64,000 bases of DNA from Eledone cirrhosa (taxonomy: Eukaryota), in NCBI GenBank assembly GCA_964016885.1, contig OZ024741.1:218736001-218800000 (forward strand). Direction: 5' to 3'. The notes under the pieces were generated by a model. The model was given only the letters and a program-made list of their open reading frames with translations, had not been told where the DNA came from and made no database searches. Position numbers and translations under genes: made by a program. Positions 24,047 to 37,985 of the stretch are shown here, in pieces. The stretch's first letter is position 1; each line of letters begins with the position of its first letter.

Positions 24047-24107
24047 TATTCTATTATATATATTTCAAGAGTACCAAAACTTTGCTACGCTCTCATCAGA
24101 TAAAATA
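24047..24107 (-). ncRNA. Hammerhead motif (left arm)
   Basis: TATTTTAT-CTGATGA-gagcgtagcaaagttttggtactctt-GAAA-TATATA-TA/ATAGAATA. Confidence 0.65.
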
Positions 24108-24188
24108 GAAAGTTTGTTTTATCCAGGAAAAACTTGAACCGTTAAGATCTTCTTCCTGGATATGTCAATATTTATAAAACAAACTTTG

Positions 24189-24249
24189 TATTTTATCTGA
24201 TGAGAACATACCAAAGTTTTAGTACCCTTGAAATATATATAATAGAATA
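24189..24249 (+). ncRNA. Hammerhead motif (right arm, helix II partly decayed)
   Basis: TATTTTAT-CTGATGA-gaacataccaaagttttagtaccctt-GAAA-TATATA-TA/ATAGAATA. Confidence 0.55.
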
Positions 24250-24346
24250 AATATGGTTTTATAAATATAGTTTCTATTTATTTAATATCATTGAATAAAT
24301 ATATGTGTATATATATAAGTTATAGCGCAACTAATCTGAGAGCAAA

Positions 24347-25987
24347 TTGATCTAGATGAAATGCAGTTTGGGTTGGTGTCAGGTAAAAGTACTACAGATG
24401 ATCTTTTCCTTGTATGATCTTTTCTTTGCCTTTGACAGAGTCCCCCGCTCCATTATCTGGTGGGACCTTAGAAAACTAGGTGTTGATGAATGGCTTGTGA
24501 GAGCTATACAAGCCATGTATAAAGAAACATTCAGCAAGGTTAAAATTAACAACGAATATAGTGAAGAATTTAGTGTAAAAGTTGGTATTCATCAGGGCTC
24601 TGTCCTTAGCCCCCTCCTATTTATTATTGACCTTCAGGCTATAACAGAGGAGTTCACGACCGGCTGCCCATGGGAACTTCTATACGCAGATCATCTAACG
24701 CTCATAGCTGAATCAATGGCTGAACTAGAGAAGAAATTCCAAACATGGAAGCATGGCCTAGAATCAAAAGGCCTTAAAATTAACTTGTCTAAGACTAAAG
24801 TTCTAGTATGTAGGAAAGAAAATAGGGCACTGGCCATGCTCAGTGTGTAGGAAAGGAGTAGGCAGAAATTTCATTTTATGTCCCAAATGCAAAGTATGGG
24901 TGCATAAAAGATGTAGTGGGTTCACAGGTAAGTTAACTAAGAACATAGATTTTATATGTGGCCGGTGCTCAGGTGCAATAAGTAGTATCAAGTGCCCACA
25001 GGATACTAGCTCCTTCCATAGCCCAGATGGTTCTATAGAAATAGTGGACACCTTCCATTACCTGGGTGACAAAATCAGCAGTGGTAGAGGGTGCTCTGAA
25101 ACTACAGTAGCTAGAGTCAGAACGGGATGGAAAAAGTTCAGAGAGCTTATACCACTATTGGCCGCTAAAGGGTTCTCTCTAAAAATGAAAGGCAGGCTGT
25201 ATGATGCCTGCATATGAACAGCAATGTTACATGGCAGTTAGACATGGGCATTGTGTGCAGAGGATCTGCGCAGACTGGAGAGGAACGAAGCTTGCATGCT
25301 CCGTTGGATGTGTAATAAAAATATACGTGAACGGCAAAGCATAAATGAACTAAGTGAAAAATTAAGAATAAGAGGAATCAGATGCTGTTTACTCGAGAGA
25401 AGACTACGTTGGTATGGTCACGTGATGCGCATGAAAGACGACAGCAGTATAAAAAAGTGCAAGGAGATCAAAATTGATGGAAGCTACGGAGTAGGCAGCC
25501 TCAGAAAAACCTTGGACGATTTGATACATTCCGACCTTACACACTTACACCTCTCCAAGACAATGTCACTGGACCGAGATCTTTGGCGCTACGCAGTAAT
25601 ACAGAAGACCTAAAGTCAGTAGGCACCTCTTAACCAAAGATACACCCCCATCACACTACCCCATCCACACCACCCCCATCTACACCACCCCTTTCTCTGT
25701 AAAGTTATGTTGGCACCACAACGTCCAGTCCTAAATAAATGAGGTCGTGTAGGTGTCACGACAAAAAAAAACACACAGTCCACGCTGTAATGTGGCCGTG
25801 TAGGTAACACGGTAAAAACCTCCCAGTTCACACTGTAAACGTGGTTGGTGTTAGGAAGGGCATCCAGCTGTAGAAAACCTCCCAGTACGAGCAGGACAAC
25901 TAATCTTGCCTCACGTGGGACAATTCCCATCTAAACCCATGCTAGCGTGGAAGATAGACATTAAACGATGATGATGATGATGATGAT
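24347..25987 (+). mobile_element. Decayed RTE LINE (RT core, PHD finger, C-terminus, 3'UTR)
   Basis: AFDRVP, GIHQGSVLSPLLF, LLYADH (YADD mutated), CRKGVGRNFILCPKCKVWVHKRC; several stops and frameshifts; (GAT)n tail. Confidence 0.92.
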
Positions 25988-26271
25988 ACACATATATATA
26001 TATGCATATCTGTGTATGTGTGGAGGCATGTGTATATATATATGTGTGTGTGTGTGCGTGTGTATATAATGTGTGTGAGTGTGTGTGTATGGCTATAGTT
26101 GGATTGGAGAGAGGGTATAGTTGATACAATGACAGACAGCCAGACAGACAGACAGTCAAGCAGACAGAAAGTAATAAAAGACATAAAAGAAAAAATATAT
26201 ATATATAAACAAATATAGAATATACATTTTTTTTAATTTTACAAATATATTGTATTTTTTATTTTACAAAT

Positions 26272-26301
<30 letters not shown>

Positions 26302-26302
<1 letters not shown>

Positions 26303-26598
26303 CATCATCATCATCATCAACGTTTAACGTCCGTGTTCCACGCTTGCATGGGTTTGGACGGGGGTTTTCCCACTTGAGGCAAGAGTGATTGTCTTGCTCG
26401 CATAGGAATGTCTGGCAGGTTTTCTACAGTTGGATGCCCTTCCTAACACCAACCACATTTACAGTGTGGGTCTGGGAGGCTTTTACCGTGTTGCCTACAC
26501 GGCCACATTACAGCGTGGACTGTGTGTTTTTTTGTCGTGACACCTACACGATCTCATTTGTTTCGGCCTGGATGGTGTGGCACCAACATAACTTTACA
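26302..26598 (-). mobile_element. RTE LINE 3'UTR fragment
   Basis: Near-identical to 365-652. Confidence 0.85.
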
Positions 26599-26604
26599 TA
26601 ATAT

Positions 26605-26635
<31 letters not shown>

Positions 26636-26636
26636 C

Positions 26637-26671
<35 letters not shown>

Positions 26672-27237
26672 TGTATCGGACGTAAAATGATGATGATGAT
26701 GATGATGATGATGATGTATGTGTATGTATATATATATATATATACATATATATACACATATATATACATAGCAGTAAATAAAGGATTATGAGTTCATGCA
26801 ATTGACATATGTTTCGTCACTATATATATACATATATATGTATACATATATATATACATATATATATATACATATATATATACATATATATATATACATA
26901 TATATGTATATATATATATATATACATATATATGTACTTATATGTATACATATATATATACATATATATATACTTATATATATATACTTATATATATATA
27001 CATACGTACATATATATATATGTGTGCATGTATGTATATATATAAACATACTACTGTACGTCTGTATACATATATGTATGTACGTATACATACTTATATA
27101 TATATATATATATATATATTTCTTTCCCAATTGTATATAGTGGATTTTGTTACTATTGTTAGTTGAAAAATAAGGACTATAAATATTATATCACACAGGT
27201 GCTAACAAAAGAAACCAATTATTATTATTATTATTAT

Positions 27238-27261
27238 CAGTAGTAGTAGTAGTGGTAGTAA

Positions 27262-27321
<60 letters not shown>

Positions 27322-27356
27322 CAGTAGTAGTAGTAGTAGTAGTAGTGATAGCAGTA

Positions 27357-27431
<75 letters not shown>

Positions 27432-27473
27432 GTAGTGGTGGTGGTAGTGGTGGTGGTGGTGGTGGTGGTGGTG

Positions 27474-27530
<57 letters not shown>

Positions 27531-27608
27531 ATAGCAGTAGTGGTGGTAGTAATAGTAGTAGTATTAGTATTAGTAGTAGTAGTAGTGGTGGTGGTGGTGG
27601 TGGTGGTG

Positions 27609-27656
<48 letters not shown>

Positions 27657-27657
27657 T
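27238..27657. repeat. (TAG)n/(TGG)n microsatellite
   Basis: Direct reading. Confidence 0.95.
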
Positions 27658-27712
27658 ACTGCTGTGGCTTCTTTTGTCCTTAGTAAAAAAAACTAAGAAA
27701 AAATATTGTAAG

Positions 27713-27757
<45 letters not shown>

Positions 27758-27911
27758 CATACATACAGTCATACATATACATATGTGTGTATATACATAT
27801 GTGTGTATATACATACACACATATATATATATATATACATACATACAGCCACACATAAACATATGTGTCTATATACATATGTGTGTATATATATATATAT
27901 ATATAGTTTTT

Positions 27912-27960
<49 letters not shown>

Positions 27961-28283
27961 TTTATACCTTATATATATATATATATATAAGGTATAAAAA
28001 CTAAATATGTTAAAAAAAGTTAGGCACAGATAAGAGATGATGATAGTGACAATCATGGTGATGATGATGATGATTTTGATGATAATGGTGGTGATAGTGA
28101 TGATGATGATGATGATGATGATATTCCTCCTCCTTCTTCTCCTCCCCCTACACCCCATACAATTGCAGGTTGAAGGCAACAAAGCAGGTTTAGTGGGTTG
28201 AACAGAAGACACTGCAACACTTTCCAATGTTATGTGGGGTTGTAAAGAAGAACCAATGGAATTGTAATGTTTCCTGACTTTCA

Positions 28284-29635
28284 TAGACAGACAGACAGAC
28301 TGGCTGATAGACTGATAGACAGACAGACAGACTGACTGATAGACTGATAGACAGACAGACAGACTGACTGATAGACTGATAGACAGACAGACAGACTGAC
28401 TGATAGACTGATAGACAGACAGACAGACTGACTGATAGACTGATAGACAGACAGACAGACTGACTGATAGACTGACTGATAGACAGACAGACTGACTGAT
28501 AGACTGACTGATAGACAGACAGACTGACTGATAGACTGATAGACAGACAGACAGACTGGCTGATAGACTGATAGACAGACAGACAGACTGACTGATAGAC
28601 TGATAGACAGACAGACTGACTGACTGATAGACTGATAGACAGACAGACAGACTGACTGATAGACTGATAGACAGACAGACAGACTGACTGATAGACTGAT
28701 AGACAGACAGACAGACTGACTGATAGACTGATAGACAGACAGACAGATAGACAGACAGACAGACTGACTGATAGACTGACTGATAGACAGACAGACAGAC
28801 AGACAGATTGACAGACAGACAGACAGACAGACAGACTGACTGATAGACTGACTGATAGACAGACAGACTGACTGATAGACTGATAGACAGACAGACAGAC
28901 TGATAGACTGATAGACAGACAGACAGACAGACTGATAGACTGATAGACAGACAGACAGACTGACTGATAGACTGATAGACAGACAGACTGACTGATAGAC
29001 TGATAGACAGACAGACAGACTGACTGATAGACTGATAGACAGACAGACAGACTGATAGACTGATAGACAGACAGACAGACAGACTGACTGATAGACTGAT
29101 AGACAGACAGACAGACTGACTGATAGACTGATAGACAGACAGACAGACTGACTGATAGACTGATAGACAGACAGACAGACTGACTGATAGACAGACAGAC
29201 AGACAGACTGACTGATAGACTGATAGACAGACAGACAGACTGACTGATAGACTGATAGACAGACAGACAGATTGACAGACAGACAGACAGACAGACAGAC
29301 TGACTGATAGACAGAGTAACACATCAACCAACAACCTGACAGACAGACAGGCTGACAGACAAGCAGACAGACAAGCAGACAGAAAGACTGATAGACATAG
29401 TGACACATCAACAGACAGATTGACAGATAGGCAGACAGACAGGCCGACAGAGAGATAGAGAGGCAGACAGACTGACTGACAGACAGACAGACAGACAGAC
29501 TCAGACTGACTGACACACAGACAGCAGACAAACTGACACATAGACAGACACAAGGGCAGGCAGACAATCAGACAGACTGATAGACAGACGGACAGATACA
29601 CAGACAGACAGACGCACAGACAGACAGACTGGCAC

Positions 29636-29680
<45 letters not shown>

Positions 29681-29703
29681 TAGACTGGTAGACAGACAGA
29701 CAG
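28284..29703. repeat. GACA/GACT/GATA compound tetranucleotide array with ~28-36-bp higher-order units
   Basis: Recurring GATAGACTGATA(GACA)2-4GACTGACT. Confidence 0.95.
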
Positions 29704-29961
29704 ATATGTCAGTCAGTTCTAACCAACAAATCCTACCCCCACATTCAGCAGACACCATCACCATCATCATCATGACCCACAACATTATCATCAGCACCAC
29801 CACCATCACCACCATCATCATCATCATCATCATCTTCAAATATCATCTTCCTCTGTGAAATGAAATTTGAAATTCTTTGTTGAATCAATACATACATAGA
29901 TACATATGTATGTGTATATATATACATATATATATACACATGTATATATAGGTATACATGT

Positions 29962-29992
<31 letters not shown>

Positions 29993-30017
29993 CACATGTA
30001 TATATAGGTATACATGT

Positions 30018-30048
<31 letters not shown>

Positions 30049-30073
30049 CACATGTATATATAGGTATACATGT

Positions 30074-30127
<54 letters not shown>

Positions 30128-30185
30128 ATATATACATGTGTATATATACATATATATATACACATGTATATATAGGTATACATGT

Positions 30186-30231
<46 letters not shown>

Positions 30232-30408
30232 ATATATATATATATGTACATATATATATATATACATGTATATATATATATATATATGTACATATATATA
30301 TATATATGTACATATATATACATGTATACCTATATAAATATATATATATTTATATGTATGTATACATCTATACCTATATATATATGTGTGTATATATGTA
30401 TATATGTA

Positions 30409-30467
<59 letters not shown>

Positions 30468-30495
30468 ATATCTTTTAGAGAAGAAGATATATTTG

Positions 30496-30526
<31 letters not shown>

Positions 30527-30589
30527 GTTCTGTAAATCTACCTAACACTTGAATGCCGGTTTTTTTGCTATATCCTCCTCTCATCATCA

Positions 30590-31895
30590 TCATTACCACA
30601 ATCCTTCACTACCAACACCACCACCACTACCTTCATCACATCTACCACCACCACCTCCATCACCATCACCACCACCAGATCCACCACCACCATCACCACC
30701 ATTACCATCACCACCACCACCCCATAACCACTATCACCACCATCACCACTACCACCACCACCACCACCACACCATCACCACCAACTCCACCACCACACCA
30801 CACCACCACCATCACCACCACACCATCACCACCACACCATCACATCACATCACCATCACCAACATCACCACCACCACAACCAACTCCACCACACCACCCC
30901 ATAACCACTATCACCACTACCACCACCTTCACCGCCACACCACTACCACCGCCACCACCACACCATAACCACCACCACCACCACACCATCACCACCAACT
31001 CCACCACACCACCACCATCACCACACCATCACCACCACACCATCACCACCACCACCACATCACCACCACCACACCATCACATCACCACCACCACCATACC
31101 ATCACCACCACCAACTCCACCACACCACATCACCACCAGCACCACCACCACTCCACCACATCACATCACCATCACCACCACCATCACCACCACCATCACC
31201 ACCACACCATCAACTCCACCACATCACATCACCACCACCACCACCACCACACCATCAACTCCACCACATCACATCACCACCACCACCACCACCACACCAT
31301 CAACTCCACCACATCACATCACCACCAACTCCTCCACATCACCACCACATCACCACCACCACCACTACCACACCATCACCACCACACCATCACATCACCA
31401 CCACATCACATCACCACCACCACCATCACCACCACACCATCAACTTCACCACATCACCACCACCACCACCACACCATCACCACCAACTCCACCACATCAC
31501 CACCACCGCCAACTCCACCACATCACTACCACCACCACTACCACACCATCACCACCACACCATCACCACCAACTTCACCTCATCACCATCACCACCACCA
31601 CCACCACAAACTCCACCACATCACCACACCACACCACACCACCACCACCACACCATCACCACCACCACACCATCACATCACCACCACCACCACACCATCA
31701 CATCACCACCACCACCATCACCACCACACCATCACCACCACCAACTCCACCACACCACCACCATCACCACCACCACCACACCATCACCACACCATCACAT
31801 CACCACCACATCACCAACTCCACCACCACCATCACCACCACACCATCACCACCACCAACTCCACCACATCACCACCACCACCACCACCACCACCA
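30590..31895. repeat. (CAC/CAT)n degenerate microsatellite
   Basis: Direct reading. Confidence 0.95.
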
Positions 31896-31959
31896 CAACA
31901 ACAGTAACAGTTGTTAGTATAGTTGTTAGTGTTGTAGATATGCTAGTATTGTATTGTAC

Positions 31960-31998
31960 CTGTAAATGGAAGGAAGAGCTCCTCTGTAGAAATGGTGG
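31960..31998 (-). other. Candidate 39-nt in-frame micro-exon (PPFLQRSSSFHLQ)
   Basis: Unique island between repeats with CCAG acceptor and CAG/GTAC donor; length divisible by 3; no homology recognised. Confidence 0.2.
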
Positions 31999-32044
31999 CT
32001 GGCATTGAATGGAATCAATTTAATTAAAACAATGAAACATGGAA

Positions 32045-32680
32045 CATGGAATCTCTCCTATATATTGTCTTTATATGGGTGGGGGTGGGGGTCGGGGTCG
32101 GTTGGAGGTTGTGTGTGTGTGGGGGGGGGGGGGTGCTAGAATCTCTCCTATATATTTCTATATATGGGTGGGTGGTGGGTGGTCGGGGGAGGTTGTGTGT
32201 GTGTGTGGGGGTGCTAGAATCTCTCCTATATATTGTCTTTATATGGGTGTGGGGTAGAGGTTATTGGGTGGGGGGAGGTTGTGAGTGTGGGGGTGCTAAA
32301 ATGTCTCCTATATATATTGTCTTTATATGGGTGTGGGGTGGAGGGTCGTGGGTGGGAGGTAGGTCGTGTGTGTGTGTGGGGGGGGGGGGGGGTTGCTAGA
32401 ATCTCTCCTATATATTGTTTTTATATGGGTGTGGGGTGGAGGGTCGTGGGTAGGGGGAGATTGTGTGTGTCAGTGTGTGTGGGGTTGTTAGAATCTCTCA
32501 CTTATGTATATATTGTCTTTATAAGGGTGTGTGTGTCTGTGTGTGTGCATGTGTGTGGAGGTCTGTGGGTGTGTGTGTGTGCCTTTATGTGTGTCTGTGT
32601 GTATGGGGGAGGTTATGTGTGGGGGAGGAGATGCTAGAATCTCACTTCTATATACATTGTCTTTATATGGGTGTGGGGGA
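32045..32680. repeat. Degenerate ~80-120-bp G-rich repeat (GCTAGAATCTCTCCTATATATTGTCTTTATATGGGTG), about 7 units
   Basis: Motif recurs at ~32048, 32135, 32213, 32294, 32395, 32487, 32633. Confidence 0.85.
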
Positions 32681-32777
32681 TGAGAAGTGGGCTTTGTGTG
32701 TGGAGGATGGTGTGTGTGTGTGTATTTATATGTGTCTGTGTGTGTGGATGTCGGTGTGTGTCTGTGTGTGTGTGCAT

Positions 32778-33522
32778 GCCTTTATGTGTGTCTGTGTGTG
32801 GCTGTCATTATATGTGTGTGGCTGTCATTATATGTGTGGCTGTCATTATATGTGTGTGTGCCTTTATGTGTGTCTGTGTGTGGCTGTCATTATATGTGTG
32901 TGTGTCTGTGTGTGTGTGTGCCTTTATGTGTGTCTGTGTGTGGCTGCCATTATATGTGTGTGTGTCTGTGTGTGTGTGTGCCTTTATGTGTGTCTGTGTG
33001 TGGCTGTCATTATATGTGTGTGTGTCTGTGTGTGTGTGTGCCTTTATGTGTGTATGTGTGTGGCTGTCATTATATGTGTGTGTGTCTGTGTGTGTGTGTG
33101 CCTTTATGTGTGTCTGTGTGTGGCTGTCATTATATGTGTGTGGCTGTCATTATATGTGTGTGTGCCTTTATGTGTGTCTGTGTGTGGCTGTCATTATATG
33201 TGTGTGTGTCTGTGTGTGTGTGTGTGCCTTTATATATGTCTGTGTGTGGCTGTCATTATATGTGTGTGTGCCTTTATGTGTGTGTGTGTGGCTGCCATTA
33301 TATGTGTGTGTGTCTGTATGTGTGTGTGCCTTTATGTGTGTATGTGTGTGGCTGTCATTATATGTGTGTGTGTCTGTGTGTGTGCCTTTATGTGTGTCTG
33401 TGTGTGGCTGTCATTATATGTGTGTGTGTCTCTGTGTGTGTGTGCCTTTATATGTGTCTGTGTGTGGCTGTCATATGTGTGTGTGTCTGTATGTGTGTGT
33501 GCCTTTATGTGTGTCTGTGTGT
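32778..33522. repeat. ~60-bp (TG)-rich minisatellite
   Basis: TGGCTGTCATTATATGTG...GCCTTTATGTG units in register at 32881-33120. Confidence 0.9.
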
Positions 33523-34285
33523 GGTGTGTGTGGTGTGTTGTGTGTGTGTAGTGTGTGGTGTGTAGTGTGTAGTTGTGTGTAGTGTGTGGTGTGTGTGGTG
33601 TGTGTGGTGTGTGGTGTGTGTGGTGTGTAGTGTGTAGTTGTGTGTAGTGTGTGGTGTGTGGTGTGTGTGGTGTGTGGTGTGTAATGTGTGGTTGTGTGGT
33701 GTGTGTGTAGTGTGTGGTGTGTGTGGTGTGTGTGTAATGTGTGGTGCGTGTGTAGTGTGTGGTGTGTGTGGTGTGTGTGTGTGTGTAGTGTGTGGATGTG
33801 TGTGGTGTGTGTGTGTGTAGTGTGTGGATGTGTGTGGTGTGTCTGTGTGTGGTGTGTGTGTATGGATGTATCTATGTGAGTGAGGATGTGTGTGTATGTG
33901 TGTGGTGTGTGTGTGTGGGGTGTGTGTATCTGTATGTGTGTGGGTGTGTGTGTGGTGTGTATGTATGTGAGTGTGTGTGTATGTGTGTAGGGTGTGTGTG
34001 TGCGTGTATGTGAGTGTATGTGTGTGGGTTGTATGTATGTGTGTGGGGTGTGTGTATGTGTGTGGGTTGTATGTATGTGTGTGGTGTGTGTGTATTGTGT
34101 ATGTGAGTGTGTGTGTATGTATGTGAGTGTGTGTGTATGTATGTGGGGGGTGTATGTGGGGTGTATGTATGTGTGTGGTGTGTATGTATGTGAGTGTATG
34201 TGGGATGTGTGTATGTGTGTGGTGGGTGTGGTTCTCCATCTGTGTTTATGTCCCATAAGTCAGTAGGTTGTTTATGGTTTATATC

Positions 34286-35680
34286 AATGGTATGTCCCTA
34301 CCTACCACTGTAATGGTATGTCCCTACCTACCACTGTAATGGTATGTCCCTACCTACCACTGTAATGGTATGTCCCTATCTACCACTGTAATGGTATGTC
34401 CCTACCTACCACTGTAATGGTATGTCCCTACCTACCACTGTAATGGTATGTCCCTACCTACCACTGTAATGGTATGTCCCTATCTACCACTGTAATGGTA
34501 TGTCCCTACCTACCACTGTAATGGTATGTCCCTACCTACCACTGTAATGGTATGTCCCTACCTACCACTGTAATGGTATGTCCCTACCTACCACTGTAAT
34601 GGTATGTCCCTACCTACCACTGTAATGGTATGTCCCTACCTACCACTGTAATGGTATGTCCCTACCTACCACTGTAATGGTATGTCCCTACCTACCACTG
34701 TAATGGTATGCCCCTACCTACCACTGTAATGGTATGTCCCTACCTACCACTGTAATGGTATGCCCCTACCTACCACTGTAATGGTATGTCCCTACCTACC
34801 ACTGTAATGGTATGCCCCTACCTACCACTGTAATGGTATGTCCCTACCTACCACTGTAATGGTATGTCCCTACCTACCACTGTAATGGTATGTCCCTATC
34901 TACCACTGTAATGGTATGTCCCTACCTACCACTGTAATGGTATGTCCCTACCTACCACTGTAATGGTATGTCCCTACCTACCACTGTAATGGTATGTCCC
35001 TATCTACCACTGTAATGGTATGTCCCTACCTACCACTGTAATGGTATGTCCCTATCTACCACTGTAATGGTATGTCCCTACCTACCACTGTAATGGTATG
35101 TCCTTATCTACCACCACTGTAATGGTATGTCCCTACCTACCACTGTAATGGTATGTCCTTATCTACCACCACTGTAATGGTATGTCCCTACCTACCACTG
35201 TAATGGTATGTCCCTATCTACCACTGTAATGGTATGTCCCTACCTACCACTGTAATGGTATGTCCCTACCTACCACTGTAATGGTATGTCCCTATCTACC
35301 ACTGCAATGATATGACCCACACTACCACTGTAATGGTATGTCCCTACCTACCACTGTAATGATATGACCCACACTACCACTGTAATGGTATGTCCTTATC
35401 TACCACCACTGTAATGGTATGTCCCTACCTACCACTGTAATGGTATGTCCTTATCTACCACCACTGTAATGGTATGTCCCTACCTACCACTGTAATGGTA
35501 TGTCCCTACCTACCACTGTAATGGTATGTTCCTATCTACCACTGTAATGGTATGTCCCTACCTACCACTGTAATGGTATGTCCCACACAACCGCTGTAAT
35601 GCTATGTCCCACACAACCACTGTGATGGTATGACCCACACTGCCACTGTAATGATATGACCCACACAACCACAGTGATTC
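34286..35680. repeat. 26-bp minisatellite (AATGGTATGTCCCTACCTACCACTGT), about 53 units, decaying at the right edge
   Basis: Period 26 (34286, 34312 ...); occasional 29-bp variants. Confidence 0.97.
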
Positions 35681-36799
35681 TTCACAATCTATATTTGTGG
35701 CGATCTACCCACTCTGCTACAGTATTGACCATCCAAACACTTTAATCTTCTTAATATAATCTTCTCAAGTGATTTCATGTTTTTACTTCAGTTCTTTCTT
35801 CGAGGGATTTAATTTCTTCTTCTCTCAATCTTTCTCTCTTACCCTAGATACTCGGCTATTTTCATTGGCCTCCTTTACAATAAAAGATTAGACTCATTTT
35901 TTGCTTTTTTTTCAGTTCTATAAATTATTTTGTATTAATCAACGGCTATTTGTAAACCTTCAGTAGATATCTTGAAACAGTTTTCTAATTGTAGGACTCC
36001 TTATCCCTCCCTCCTCTCACACTTTCCACGTCTGCAATCCTTATAATGAGTAGAATGGATCACAGATCCAGCTGTCAGACAATTCCATTGTGGAGATCTC
36101 ACCCCCACCACTTCTGACATCTTTCGAAAGGAATGGCTTGCTTTTTGGGGATTTGTCTCTTATATACAGCAAAAAACAAAAAAACTAAAAACAAAAACCA
36201 ACAAATGCAAAGGAGTTGATTATCTTATCAGATCGGACCAAGGAAACAATGTTTCCATTTGTCTTTTCATTGTTGATATCTTCTGACTACAACTCCTGGC
36301 AGAGCCTGATCAGATACTATAAGGCATTCTGCCTAATTCTTCAGCACGCCAAGGATTTTTGGAAATTGCCGTTAATCCTAGGTGTGAAGAAAGTCCTCCT
36401 GAACCGGCTGTTCTGACGCTCCTCACCCACACCAACAGCTGCTCTCAGGCCATTGTCACTCCTACTCTACACTAACACTTTATAGAAAGCTAACATTGTT
36501 TTCTGGCTACCTGTCACATTTGTTGTTCAGCAGGTAATGTGTTGTGATTACCTGGCAGAACTCTAAATGTAACCAGCCCCACCTCCACCCCATCTCCAAT
36601 ACCTGATGGTTGTGTTTTGTAGTTGGTCTATATTTGCCCTTTATAATATCCCCCAATATTTTGCAGGAAAACAAAGCAAATCATTATTCTTATCAATATT
36701 ACCCTCCTCCTCCTTATCATCATCATCATCACTCTATTATTATTATTGTTATTATAAGGGTGGTTGACCTTGTGCCAAAAGTAGAAACAATTATTACAA

Positions 36800-36995
36800 G
36801 GGCGGTGAATTGGCAGTATCGGTAGAGGGTTGGACGCCATGCTTTCTAGCATAGTTACGTCCCTTTACGGTCTGAGTTCAAATCCCGTCGAGGTTAACTT
36901 TGCCTTTCATCCTTACGGGGTCAATAAAATAAAGTACCAGTAATGTACTGGGATATTTGTTGGCCTTGTGCCAAAAGTAGAAACAATTATTATTA
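36800..36995 (+). mobile_element. SINE family S1 full copy
   Basis: A/B boxes, central domain and tail as at 8658-8850. Confidence 0.85.
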
Positions 36996-37239
36996 TCATG
37001 TTTTGTTGATGTGGTTGTATTTGTTTTTGTTTGGGTGACTGAGGTGGTGTTAGTTTTGTTGGTGTTGTTTTGGGTGTATCAGTGTTGGTTGCGGGTGTGG
37101 GGTGTGCAATTTCATGTGTCTTATTGTAAACCCCCACTGTCTGTGTCTTTGTATTGTCCCCTACATGTCGGCGCTTGAGGCCAATAAATGAAATCAATAT
37201 TATTAATTTTCGTGGAGTCTCAGTCATTGATGTTATTTA

Positions 37240-37735
37240 ACTGGAAAGTTTGTTCAAACGAACATCAAGCCGCTACCTGCAGCCTCAGATATTCAGGTCG
37301 TATCAGAGGGTTCTTGCTGTTCCCAGCAAGCATGCCTTTTGAAGTGTTCTAAAAATAGGGGCTTGACTAATGTTCTTTAACCTTCCTTGAAAACTCTTTG
37401 AGATAGTACCTAGTGCTCCTATGACAATCAGGATGACCTTGATCTCATGACAGTCCCAAATCCTTTTTAACTCCCACTTTAAATCCTGGTATTGGTTAAT
37501 TTTCTCCCTTTCCTTCTTTTGCACTTTTGTGTCAAAGGGACAGGCTACATCTACAATCGGGCACGATCTTTTTTCCTTGTCCAAAACCACCAGGTCAGGC
37601 CTATTGTGTTCTAATTTCTTGTCCGTCTGTATCCTGAAATCGCATAGCACCTTCACCTGATCGTTTTCTATCACTGACTCTGGCTTATGCTCATACCACT
37701 TCTCAGAATGTGGTGAATTATTTACTTTGCATATT
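37240..37735 (-). mobile_element. R4/Dong-like non-LTR retrotransposon 3' fragment (restriction-like endonuclease)
   Basis: WYEHKPESVIEN..KVLCDF.IQTD...HNRPDLVV...IVDVACPFD...EK..YQDL...IVIGALG...LQKACLLGTA. Confidence 0.88.
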
Positions 37736-37793
37736 ATCAAATAAAATAAAGAAATAAAGAAAGCATTCTTCTTATTATTATTTTTATTATTAT

Positions 37794-37985
37794 TGGTGGA
37801 TTGGCAGTATCGCTAGAGAGGCGGACACCATGCTTTGAAGCATAGAGTTACGTCCCTTTACGATCTGAGTTGAAATCCCGCCGAGGTTAACTTTGCCTTT
37901 CCTCCTTACGGGGGTCGATAAAATAAAGTACCAGTAATGTACTGGGTAATTCATGGCCTTGTGCCTAATGTAGAAACAATTATTT
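37794..37985 (+). mobile_element. SINE family S1 full copy
   Basis: As above. Confidence 0.85.

Larger units (their letters stand above)
23907..24297. mobile_element. Fold-back hammerhead element, family A copy 3
   Basis: Arms ~24000-24122 and ~24174-24297 with a few mismatches; left extension matches 3376-3470. Confidence 0.8.

Noticed and set aside
34286-35680. 26-bp array as a CRISPR
   Set aside because: Head-to-tail units without spacers
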